This document shows positions 49,760 through 61,389 of a DNA stretch of 64,000 nucleotides, piece after piece. The stretch's first letter is position 1, and each line of letters opens with the position of its first letter. The notes beneath the pieces are model-generated. The model did not search any database, was not told the DNA's origin, and was given only the letters and a program-made list of their open reading frames with translations. Location of the stretch: positions 124,001 to 188,000 of the forward strand of contig NW_003314275.1 of NCBI RefSeq assembly GCF_000143415.4. Direction: 5' to 3'. The translations under genes and the position numbers were made by a program. The DNA comes from Selaginella moellendorffii (Eukaryota; Plantae; Lycopodiophyta).

Positions 49760-52700
49760 TCTAGCTAATAAAACCATGTTTCTTAATAGTACATATCATC
49801 ATGTAAGTGGTAGAATTTATTGATATATGGAAAAAAATCTTTGGATACATCTGATAGAGTAACATCTTTGACTCGATTTCATATGATGTTTTTTCTATTA
49901 TAGCATCCACAAAAGTGACTTTCTGTGCATCAGTATACACCAATAAAGTTCAAATTGAAAGCCACAGTCATGTAAAAATGGTAAGTTCGTTTAGTTTTGT
50001 AGAAAACAATCCTTGCCAAAAATTCAATCAGTTTCATATCTTGTGATCAAAGAGGTTTTGATAAGTAATAAAATTGCCAATCCTTTGCCTCCAACTTCTT
50101 CTCAAAAAACTCATACATGTAAAATCATTAGAACATTGGATAATCCTCAATATGATCACTCACATAAGAACTATATCAGAGAAGACATTTGTTACGCTTT
50201 ATAAGTTTCTTGAGTGTGTCTGCTAGAGTACATAATTCACCAGTATCTAGTTTGTTGGGGTCAAATGAACAAGGATGCAAACATCCAAACTGTCTTAAAC
50301 AGTAACATTTATCTGGTGTGTCGTTTAGAATGAAAACTTCAAACTCACTGATGTCTGGATGAAGTTTCATTGAGGTGAAGCAGGTAGAGTGCTCGATGTT
50401 GAGTACAGTCTGTCAAGAAGTGTCAGTGAAGCTGGTTGCTACAAGATCTCCATTTCTTCCATCTTGAGCTTGAAATTTTTGAAAGATTTCTCTAGTATAA
50501 TTTGACCAAGCTCATTGCAAATGTCTTCATCATGCATTTTATATCGAAATATGTTTGTTAGCACACCAAGCCTCCCCAAAGCATATTCAAGGTTAATATC
50601 TCAAGAGCTTGTCCAAAGAGCCAATGTCATATTATACTAATCTGACAAATTGTGCATACACAATAGAAACTTTTGTTGCACTTGGCTGGAGTAATAACTT
50701 TTCTTTGTCCTTGTCCCTGAAGCTAATGTAACACTTAACTGTGAGGAGGCTATATATCTTAAATAGAGAAAGATATTTTCATGGACAATATTAGCCTGTG
50801 ACCTCACGCTAAGGGCAAGGACAAAAATGTTTACCTCGAATTTGGTTGATTCACTTTGTCTGTGCTTTTTCTTGGCAAGTTTCCTGAGTCTCTCCTGGTG
50901 ACTATGTACAAGCTTGTCATTGAGGCTACTCTTGTGCTGATTCTTTGCCTTCGTGTTCGCAAGATTGGATATCTCAATGATGGTATCTTGTGGTGTTAAT
51001 CCCTTCATGATTTAGAAGTATCGCATTGAGAATTTTGCCTACATGTCCTTCATGTATATCAAGTCAGAAAAGATCTCTTGCATTGCTTTTGTTGAGTACT
51101 GCCTAGACATGATGATGAATTTGATTGTTGGATTTTTTGTTGTTTCCTTGCCTATCCTTTCAATAAATATCCAACCATCCTCATCCATAGTGATTAGGAT
51201 TGCATCACCTAGATCCACTCCCTACACTATTGCTTGCAACCTTGCTCCAAAGTTCACATCTAACCCTCTTCTGTGGTGGTTCATCATCTTCTTCTTCTTT
51301 ACATGATGAGGAAGGACTCTTATCTTTAATTTCATCACTACTCTTGTCACTTTTTGTCTCGCTATTATCCTCTTCATTATCATTATGTTGTACCTTATCT
51401 TTTTCTTCGATGTTATCATCTCTTTTGTCATCATCGTCCTCACTCTCTTGATCATTGGAAGTTGATGTTAATGACGCTTAAGGTATATTTATCATCAACA
51501 ACCTAATTTAAGTCCATCATTTGGATTGTAGTTGGAGAGGTCATGGAATGGATGCTTTGATTCTTCTGTTTCTCTCTGATCAAAAAGTCTCTCAGTTAGA
51601 ATCCTATTGCTGACTGTCCATAACAACAATGCCCTTGACAAGGTTAGATTGTCCTTGAGGATTCCATAAGTAGTGAAGGTTGTATGGATTCCTTTCTCTG
51701 CAAGATATATTGTAGTTGATAGAATAAACTCTGAGTCTTGAATGATATTCCTAACACTAGATCATCATCTTGTATCTCCAACATCCACTTCTGTGGTAGT
51801 GTGGAGTTGCAGCCTCTTTTCACTCTGACAGACTCATGTTTTAGATTGCTAGGCCTAGAAACATGAAAGAACTTATTAGAATTACTTAAAATATTTTTGA
51901 AATGGGAGAGAATGGATCCTAGTGTGAGGCCTCATGCTAAGTGAAAGGGGTAGTAATTCTATATGAGGTTAATAGCATTAAGGCTCATGAATGGATGGGG
52001 TGTATGAAAGGGGTAGTGGAGGTAATTCTATAGGAGGTTATTAGCATAAGGCCTCACACTTAAGAATGGATGGGCTGTGTTTGCCGATTCCTTGATAATA
52101 ATCTTACTTGCCCATTCGTCCTATGGATAGACGTTTGAGCAAGATTACTGTCAATAAACTAGACAAACTAAAATCCTTTTAGCACTTTAGAATGAGGCCT
52201 CACGCTAATCCTTAAGCATGAGCCCAGTCACAGTGTGTTGATGGAGGTTACTAGCACGAGGCCTCACACTTAGGATTGCTTGTGATATTTTTCCCAGTTT
52301 CTTGGTGACAATCTTATTCACTTGTGCAATAACACATGCATGCAAAGGAGATTGCTGTCGAGAAACTAAACTAGAGGAGGTGAGTGGGCATTTTTTCTTG
52401 GTGTGAGGCCTCACACTAAGGTTTTTGTGTGTGGTTGGACACCATCCATTTGCAGATTGGATTAAGGTATTATGGAGGGATGAAGTCATTTTCTTGGCAT
52501 AAGCCCTCATGCTATTCATTTATATGCATTTGTTTCTTACTACTTTAGGTGTCTAACTCGCCAATTCATCTTTGGGGTAAATGTTCAAACAAGATTGCTC
52601 CCCAAACACTTGCAAGACTAGGGAAATAGTGGAAGGTTGTATGTTTAGATGTTTGCTTAGCATGAGACCTCATGCTAAGTTTTTTACATGAGGTCGGACA

Positions 52701-53378
52701 CCATACTTTTGTGGGTGGGCTTTAGGTGTGCTGAGGCAATGCAGGCTTTTCTTGGCATGAGGCCTCACGCTAAAGGCTTCACTGAAAGACTTAGTGCAAG
52801 GCCTTAAATTAAAACATTGATGTGAGGCCTAATGCTAAGGAAATTTTTTGTTTTATGCTTTTGTTCTTAGTTTCAGGAAAGGTAACTGGTGGCCTCATGC
52901 TAGATTTTTTCTGGCTATCGTTTTAGTAAAGGTGACTGGCTTTAGCACAAGGCCTCACACTTAGACTATTTCATGGCAATAGGGAAGGTGACTGGCTTTA
53001 GCACGAGGCCTCATGCTTAGATTTTTCCATGGCTATTGGTTTCAGGAGAAGTGACTGGCTTTGGTGTGAGGCCACACGCTTACATGTCCAAGATAATGGC
53101 CTTAGCGTGAAGTTGCATGTTAAATTTTGGCTTGGCACAGAGCCTCATGTTATTAAATTAACGTGAGGCCTCATGCTAAGCCTTTCAATCTGGGCTGGAA
53201 AAGTCCCATGCCAAGCTTGGCTTTGCATGTGAAATGGAAGTTGTGGTGAGGGTTAGGGTTCCTTAGAGAGGGAGAGGGAGAGGAGAGGGGAGGAGGAGAG
53301 GGAGAGGGAGAGGGAGAGGGAGAGGGAGAGGAGAAAAAACTCACAATTTTTTGCTCATGTTACCTCGTTTGCTCCCAT
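49760..53378 (-). pseudogene. Decayed multi-exon gene with a possible ParB/Srx-like domain and an acidic tract
   Basis: ACAATGG start and 15-nt exon 53378-53364 with donor GAG|GTAAC; acceptor TTTCTAG at ~51855; stop-interrupted frame KFIIMSRQYSTKAMQEI...IMKGLTPQDTIIEISNLAN..KSSLNDKL (51125-50900), read as a degenerate GxH ParB-like motif. The family call is pattern recognition only. Confidence 0.35.
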
Positions 53379-54400
53379 TGTTGAAACCCTAAAAAATGAT
53401 AGACATGTGTAGGAATATTCTTCATGTGCTAAAAACACTTGAAAATTCTTAATGCGATATCATACGCTAAAGCGTTGAATATGCCAGATGAAAATATTTT
53501 TAGTTTTATAATATAATATGCTTTTTAGATGTAAAACTTTTACACAATAGTTTTTAGTTGTTATAAAATTTTTATTCTTTATTTTATCTCAGAAAACATT
53601 GTTGTAGTTTCCTCTTATGTCTTTTATAAATAGCAAGTTTACTCTTTTTTCTCTAGTTTATCCATTTTATCTCTTTTTCTTCCATTTGTCAGAAAAATAT
53701 ATCTTTTGAATTTTGCTCCTTATACCACATTATTTGTCTTTTCTAATTTGTCATAAAAGTATAACTTTTGGAGTTCCCTCTTTATACTAGATTATTTCAC
53801 TTATCAATATTGTACAACTTTTGAATTTCCCTCCTTGTACCACATTATTTGTTTATTCTCACTTGTCAGTATAGTATAACTTTTGAATTTTCCTCTTTGG
53901 GCCACATTAATTATTTTATTTTTGTTGTCAAAGTTGTACAACTTTTGAATTTCACTCACTTTGGCTCATTTAGGTTTTTCCATTGTCTAGGGCAGGAGTT
54001 TAACAGTGCATATTTTATGAGTTTGCACATTCATTTTCGTTATTAGAACTAAATGGACATTGGGCTTTAATTTAGGTTTTTTGAAAGCTTTCTAGTTTGA
54101 CTTGAATATGACATTTTAGCCATGTCAACATTATTTTGCAATGGTAAGCCTTAATTAAATACCTTTGCTTTTTACTTCTTGGTGTGTAGCCCCGTGCTTA
54201 GCTTGGGTTATTCTTTAGAATCCTTTTTTTCATGTTTACTTGATATTTTTTTTGTTTAGTGTGTGGCCTCACACCAAACTCTTTTTGGAGTTGTTTGATA
54301 AAACAATTTTTTCTTAGCATGTGGCCTCACCCCAAGCCCATTTCTTTTACAATTGTTATGGTAAAATTTTTTTTGCATAGTGAGTGATCTTGTGCTAAGT
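51920..54400. repeat. Dispersed array (~20 copies) of a 22-bp palindrome, consensus TTAGCRTGAGGCCTCAYGCTAA
   Basis: Examples at 51920, 52401, 52656 (CTTAGCATGAGACCTCATGCTAAG), 52754, 52998, 53158, 54257 and 54313; partly in ~55-65 bp higher-order units at 52870-53080. Confidence 0.9.
53265..53334. repeat. (GAGAGG)n polypurine tract
   Basis: Directly visible. Confidence 0.9.
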
Positions 54401-54826
54401 TTTTTTTAAAGTTAATCTGTGGAAACATTTTTTTACTATCTCCACCCCCCTCTCACCCTTTTTTTTACTAACAAAATTGTATTACCTATAGATAATAAAC
54501 TCATAATATTAGTAATTATGAAATTTGACAGATTGACATTGTAACTATCTTTGACACTAACATTGTCTCTATCATTGACACTATCACTATCACTATCTCT
54601 GACACTGACACTGTCACTATCACTATCATTTTCACATTGACATGTGACATATTTTTCTCATTGCAAGTGGATGCATTCAATTGTCTTTTAATGTATCATC
54701 AATAAATAGATTTTTCATACCACTCCTCAATTTACACATTGCATATATTGTGCCATGCATACCTAGGAAGACTTCTAGAAAACTAAATATATATTGCATA
54801 TAATTTTTTAAAACATCATAAATTAC

Positions 54827-55300
54827 CTCCTAGAAACAACTGATAGAGAAGGACAAAAACCTCTAAGACAACATTTGAATAATTCATATTCTTCAATTGC
54901 AAACACCAATCTACCAAAGTCACATGCTGCCTTGACCATCGAACCACTATCTGTTGTGCAATTGATGACAACACCCCTAGTTGGGCAATAAAGCTCAAGT
55001 AGGATATGCATTGCCGATGGAGATCGGAACCAATACCCAGATAATGTGTTGTAGATGTCATCATCTATGAGATTTGGTATGATGTCAGTAAAGATATTAT
55101 ACCCTGGCATAACCTGTGCAGCACACTCGCTATCACAAAAACCTCACTTTCTCTTCTGTAGAACACTTGGTAGGTCCATATCATAGCCTGAATAATAAGA
55201 CTTTAGAGACAACCAAAACTGAAGATGATTTCTTACCTTCTCTGGCATGCCTAAGACACCTTTGGTCTCGACCCCAACACTATCCATGATGCACCTGGAA
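54827..55300 (-). pseudogene. Beta-class N4-cytosine/N6-adenine DNA methyltransferase-like gene (C-terminal SAM-binding part), copy A; intron 55188-55236
   Basis: FRSPSAMHILLELYCPTRGVVINCTTDSGSMVKAACDFGRLVFAIE matches motifs X-I-II of N6_N4_Mtase (LIELY..PGDVVLDPFAGSGST..AA...GR..IGIE); 1-bp frameshift near 55142. Confidence 0.6.
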
Positions 55301-55522
55301 GAGGTTCCTCTTGAAGTTGACTTGAGTTGCATACCTCATAAGGCAGGACATCCAATGGGGGTCATTTGGGAAAATGAAGGCAACTTGACCGGTTGTATGA
55401 AGAAGAATTGCTGCCAAAAGGAATGCATCCTTTGGGGATGGTTTAAAGTTGAGTTGAGTTCATGAGTTGAGCCCAATTTAACACAAGTTAACTCAAGTCA
55501 ATATAGTCAATAAGAAGTATTA

Positions 55523-56118
55523 TATAAGCAACCAAAGGGAACGACTTGAGAGACGATCCATAAGGGTTCAAATATAGAGGGAAAGGGCCCATGAATAAGA
55601 GTGCACCCTTTTTTCCAAACGGTTAAGGGTTTTGGGATAGTTGGAGTTAAACGTCCTTGGGTTTGAATAGTACTGGGTTGGGTGACCTCTCGGGAAGTCC
55701 AAACTCAGGAGCTTACATTTGGTATCAGAGCGGTCTTGGGTCCGACTCTGTTGGTTGGCTAAGGGAATCACACCACATATTGATTGACATCTAGGAGGTC
55801 TAGTTTGCTCCCAGCTGGGCTCGACTCGAGGGGTAGGGTGTCAAAAGAGCGAGGCTCTTGGGAGAGCTGTGGCTCTCAGTTTCCGTTCACGAGGGCGTGA
55901 ACTTGTAGGGAAGCGTGGTAGATTGTAAGCAACCAAAGGGAACAATTTGAGAGACGATCTATAAGGGTTCAAATATAAAGGGAAAGGGCCCATGAATAAG
56001 AGTGCACCCCCTTTTCCAAACGGTTAAGGGTTTTAGGATAGTTGGAGTTAAGCGTCCTTGGGTTTGAATAGTATTGAGCTGGGTGACCTCCCGGGAAGTC
56101 CAAACTCAAGAGCTTACA
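55523..56118 (+). mobile_element. Cassandra TRIM, copy 2
   Basis: LTRs 55523-55717 and 55924-56118; PBS TGGTATCAGAGC 55720-55731; TSD TATTA; 5S-like AGTTAAGCGTCCTTGGG...GGGTGACCTCCCGGGAAGTCC at 56046-56101 and 55645-55700. Confidence 0.94.
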
Positions 56119-56390
56119 TATTACAAAGGAAATCTAAATTGAACAAATGAAGGTTTTAGCAAACTTTAAAATATTAAAATACGTAAATATCTGAGTTAAA
56201 AGTTTCTATAAGATTGAAATGTTTAAAAAAGACAAAGTTCATGAGAACCTATCTTTTATAAAACTATATTATTTTATTATGACAACTGTTACAACTGTCA
56301 TATTTGATTTGACTACTTAATATTTTGAATACTTTTACAACTGTAGATACTATTCCTTCATTCAAAAGATTTTTTAGGGTTCTTGAGAAG

Positions 56391-56639
56391 ATGGGAAGCA
56401 AGGAAAATACAAGATCTGTGAGTAAAAGTTGTAGTGCAAAGGAATGTGAGAATGCTAATTTTGTTTCACTACCACAATCTCCATATTACACTCCTGGTCC
56501 TTATAACCCATCTGGGAATGTGAAGACCACTATCACAATTGATAAAAATGCTCTTGCTACTTCTGAAACAATAGTCCAAAGCAAGAGAAATAAAGAAATG
56601 AATAGCACGGCAGAAAGCACCGAGAAATCTACTCCATAA
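56391..56639 (+). CDS. Small S/T/E/K-rich orphan ORF or first exon, paralog of 60917-61174
   Basis: Shares ENxxxxSLPxSPYYTPG, TSETxxQSK and STAEST with the minus-strand ORF; TAGGGT motif just upstream of the ATG in both. Confidence 0.45.
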   Translation: MGSKENTRSVSKSCSAKECENANFVSLPQSPYYTPGPYNPSGNVKTTITIDKNALATSETIVQSKRNKEMNSTAESTEKSTP

Positions 56640-57275
56640 AACTTTTTATGACATTTGTAATTTACATATTAATTCATATTAAAAAATTGCCTACCTAAAT
56701 CACAATCCTCTCATATGATAAGACCAAGGTATATTTTGTAGTGAATCCTCATTAAAAGTTTTTGGGAATTGTTTGTAAATAATATTAAAAGAAATTGAAA
56801 TTTTTCGAAAGACTCAAAAGTAATATCACAATTTTATCTACATTTCCAAGACTAAAAAGCAATCTCACATGAGAGAATGGTAGCGTGCCAACATGCTCTG
56901 CCACTATAATGTGGTCTATATTTCCTTGTAGTCTATTTCCTTAGACATTTGGCATGTGTAGAAAAGAATATCTGTAACAAAGTAGGATTCATCATAATGA
57001 TAGAGCATGTGTATACACGATAATCTAAAATTCTAGAAGCTCTTATGTTTACAAGAAAGCTATGATTATGAAGCCCCATTTCCAAGACTGACATTTAAAG
57101 AATCTGAATATTGTCAATGTCATAATAAATACACCTCATTCCCAAGACTAAAATTTAGTATATAAACTATCTAGAAAAGTTGTAGTTATCGTAGGTTTTT
57201 TGTTCACCTTGAGCTCCTTAGAAGTTTGTATTGAAATGGCTTAAAGGAGAGTCATTGCTACTCGTACTTGGCCCC

Positions 57276-58972
57276 TGTAAGAGACTAAATTTTTCCATTT
57301 TACCTTAGTCACTTAACCACACCTCCGACCACTTGGAGGAGTCTCATTCACAACCTCCATAAGTCCCAGTTAGGACTTGAGGCATGCTAGCCCCAAGAAT
57401 GGCCTCCAAGCCACTCAACCTTTGCACTTGGTCCAAATGCTCCACGTGTCCGATCCCATGACCAACACCCCAAGGTACCCCCGACATATCGGCCCATTAC
57501 GCTAAGGCCATGCCCATTCACCTTGGTCACACCAGTGGTCTAACGCCACCTGCACCATAGTCCCGTCTCTCAAAAACTGGGCCATCCGTCCATGAGTGAT
57601 CATCCTAGATCTACTCTTTAGCATCCTTAGGATGCCCACAGGCATGGGGAATAACCTTCCCCGACAACCCTTTTACAGTCTCCACCAAGTCCCTTTTTGT
57701 CCATGGCCATGTTCACCAACATTGCCATTAGATCAAGGCCCGCAGGCCCGACCTCTAAGTCCCACTATCCTTTGGGACTTCCTCACCATGTGACCATATC
57801 CTCGGTCACTGCACTAGAGGACAACTCCTCTTCCCTTTCATCGTTTGGGCCTTTGGAACAACATTTCGGAACACCGTGGCTTTACGCAAGCCGCATGGGT
57901 ACTCTCCCTGCCTTTCGCCTTTAGGTGCTCTAGCCATGGGCTTAGAGCAAGGTTCTGTTGAGCCACACCAGGTATCCAAGTAGGTAGTGCCACCCACACT
58001 TGGACTGGGAGCATCGGCCAGTCGATCTCCCGGGGGAACTAGAGCCGGCTCTTGAATACTTCACCAAGCTACCTCGCTTGTCGGTCCGTATTCACTCTAG
58101 TCTTGGACTTCCCAGTGGTTAGCTCATCACCCAACACTGGGTATGGCCTTCCTGGGCCCAATTGGCCTTTCCTGGGCCAAACTGGCCTTCCCTGGCCAAA
58201 CTGGCTCCACTGGGCTCCAACCCCCACACTCTCCCTACTATACTTTTGGAACCCCCCGCAGCCCCCACCCCCCCCCCCTTGGGGGACGATCGCTTTGGGC
58301 TTTCACCCAATTGCCTGTATTAGTATTTGGACTCAAATTCAGACTCGAACTCGGACTCGGACACGGTCTCGGTCCCGGTTTCGGACTCGGACTCGGTCTC
58401 GGTCTCGGTCTTGGTCTCGGTCTCGGTCTTGGTCTTGGTCTCGGTCCCGGTTCCATCTCGGACTCCATCTCGGGTCCATCTCAGGTCCATCTCGGACTCC
58501 ATCTCGGACTCCATCTCGGGTCCATCTCGGGTCCACCTCGGGTCCATCTCGGGTCCATCTCAGGTCCACCTCGGACTCCATCTCGGACTCCATCTCGGAC
58601 TCCATCTCAGGTCCATCTCGGACTCCATCTCGGGTCCATCTCAGGTCCATCTCGGACTCCATCTCGGACTCCATCTCGGGTCCATCTCGGACTCCATTTC
58701 GGACTCCACTTCGGACCCCAACTCAGGTCTATCTCAGACACTTCCACGTGTCATGTGTTGGTCCTTTTTGGGTCCCTTTTTGGAGCCTCGCTTATTGCTT
58801 GCTTCGTGCTTGTTCCTCGAGCACTTCGTTGGGAGTTCCACTCCCACTCTCGACCTTTTCAAGTCAAAGCTTTTAGTCCAAACGTGTTACGCTCGTTTGG
58901 CTTTCGCTTCGGCCACTACCACGTGGCGCCCTTTCGGCTCCACTTTGGGGCCTAGGGATTTTGTGTCTCACA
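57276..58972 (-). mobile_element. Solo LTR of the LARD family
   Basis: Reverse complement of the 4980-6632 LTR; TSD GCCCC at 57271-57275 and 58973-58977. Confidence 0.95.
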
Positions 58973-59780
58973 GCCCCCTAGCATTTCATATCAATCTCCA
59001 CCTCCATCCCTAAGTTCTACCAACATTCCACCTTCACCTCCACATAACAATCTTTTTTCTGCTGAGGGCTCTAGTGAAGCTGAACTAGAGCTCCCTATAT
59101 GTGAAATTCCGAATCTTACTACTAGAGAGGGATTGCCTCCAGCGCTTCAAGAGCAATGCCACATGTTTTTGCAAGATCTTGCTTTTGACATGGCAGGACT
59201 ACTTGAAAGCACAGAACGCTATTACATTCGGTGTCCAATATACTACTTTTTCTTGGACAAGACAAATGGCTCTATAGGTTTACAAACTTTTCTTGAGCAC
59301 TATAGGAATTGCCCAACGGCGGATCTGGAAAATGTGCACGTGTGGATGTACAATAGATAGAAAAAGTATTACATACAATTGTTTACAAAATGTTGAAGGA
59401 GGAGATGGCAACACACAAGTGCTACAAAGTGATGGTGACAGGTGAGAATGATAATTTGCAATTATGATATCTGACACTAACACTGACATCTGACAATTTT
59501 ACTGATATCTGACACTTTCACTGACATCTAACATATAATAAGCTTTCTATTTTATGTAAGGATGCAATTAACTTTCTTTTGCCTCATCATCAACATAATG
59601 ATTTATTTTATACTTCCTCATATATTGGTATTGTGGGGAAGATTCATCTTGCATATGTTGAGTTATGGCTTCTGCATAGTCAGGGAGACTTCCAAAGCCT
59701 CCAATTCTAGAAACTCCAGGTGATTGTGATCTATAAAATAGAATTAAACATATATTGAAATTTTAATAAACATAATTTAC

Positions 59781-60255
59781 CTCCTTGAGGTTGGAGGCAA
59801 CTCACGAAATCCTCTAAGCCAGCGTTTGAAGAAATGGTGTTTTTCAATAGCAAACACTGATTTACCAGAGTCACGTGCTACCTCCACCATAGAATCACTA
59901 CCTGCTATGCAATCAATCACAACACCATCTGGTGGGCAATAGAGCTCAAGCAAGACTTGCATTGCTGATAGAGTTCGAAATCAGTACCCTGGAAACGTGT
60001 TGCGGATCTGCTCATCCACAAGGTTGGGTATGATGTTAGTGGAACTGTCATACCCAGGCAAAACATGTGCTGCACGTTCGCTATCACGAAACCCATCATA
60101 TGTGTTTTTGCAAAAGGCATGATAGGTCCACATCATAACCTGGAAAATAAAAATGTTTAGAAATTAGATAAAAATATAAAATACATACTCATCTTTTCAG
60201 GCTTCCCTTGGACACCCCTCGTATCAACGTCAATAGGATCCAGGATGCACCCAAA
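59781..60255 (-). pseudogene. Beta-class N4C/N6A DNA methyltransferase-like gene, copy B; intron 60140-60192 (donor mutated to AT)
   Basis: FRTLSAMQVLLELYCPPDGVVIDCIAGSDSMVEVARDSGKSVFAIEK; same exon borders as copy A; in-frame TGA at 59981-59983. Confidence 0.65.
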
Positions 60256-60916
60256 AAAGCTCTATTTCGTTAAAGTGGGATTTATTCAGTAAAATGGGAC
60301 TAGGTACAAATTTTCAAGTATTTGAAAATGACGTGAAATTATATGTTTTTTGTCCAGGGGCTAGACATATCTGGGGCATGGTGACTAGCGCGGTGACCTT
60401 ATGTCCAGACTGAGTCCATCTAGTTGTATAATAAATCTCATTGTCAAGGTGAACAAGCCGAATTTGAAGCTAAAGAAGAGCGATGGCATGCGCGCACACA
60501 CTATTTGTTTGTTCATTGAGCGTGTGGTGAGCTTTCCAAGATGAACATCATTCCTATTAGCCAGACATATAACTTAATGGTGAGAACATTTAGATATTAT
60601 TCAATGTTATCTTTTTCTAACGAATCTAATTGTGAAGGTGTAGCAAGAGGCATTGCTAGTCTGGAGAAGTCATTTAACTCATTTGACCCTTAGTGTATTT
60701 TCATGAAACTAAATAACATTCATATTATTAAGGAATTTCTCTAGTACCTTTTTTTTACGACATAGAGGCTTGCATTTCTTTCAAAGGTGATTTAGTAAAA
60801 GGCCTGAGGGCACATGCCATTCTATTTCTCAGACCGGTATTAAGATATACTAGTGCAAAGGGAAAAAGGTATTTGGTGATCAAGTAAATAGCATGAGGGC
60901 ACACGCCATTATAAGC

Positions 60917-61174
60917 CTAAGCGCTAGTGGACACCTCCTTTTTGGTACTCTCAGCGGTACTATCATCCTTCTCCGGGTCAGTTGTTTTGCTTTGGATTGT
61001 TGTCTCTGACGTTACTGGGGCGTTCTCGATAGTTGTTAATGTTGCCGTTTGTTCAGAAAAATGATCACCTGGAGTATAGTACGGGGAGTTTGGAAGACTT
61101 ATATATTCTACATTTTCACCTATCTCCTTCTCCGTCTCCTTTTCTGCCTCACTTACAGATTTTGTGCTTGCCAT
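60917..61174 (-). CDS. Small S/T/E/K-rich orphan ORF, paralog of 56391-56639
   Basis: MASTKSVSE...ENVEYISLPNSPYYTPG...TSETTIQSK...STAEST. Confidence 0.45.
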   Translation of the reverse strand: MASTKSVSEAEKETEKEIGENVEYISLPNSPYYTPGDHFSEQTATLTTIENAPVTSETTIQSKTTDPEKDDSTAESTKKEVSTSA

Positions 61175-61389
61175 GAGAACGCTCTTCACCCTAAAATATG
61201 GAGTTCGTTGTGTTATAAAAGGAAACCAACACACACGCTGCAAGGGAATGATGGTACATAAAGCACGTAAGCCCACAATATGGGTTTATGTGCCATTAAT
61301 ATGGGCCACACGCCATATTATTAGATTTATGCACGTGTGATTGGTAAATGCATATGTCACATCATCTTTGTTTTACCTCACACACTATA

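Noticed and set aside
51920-54400. CRISPR array
   Set aside because: Repeats are degenerate and irregularly spaced, some spacers are related to each other, there are no cas genes and the context is eukaryotic
55645-55700. Functional 5S rRNA gene
   Set aside because: Only the ~55-bp promoter-containing segment is present, embedded in Cassandra LTRs
54827-60255. Bacterial contamination as the source of the MTase-like sequences
   Set aside because: Conserved spliceosomal intron positions, and the region is interleaved with plant LTR elements bearing TSDs
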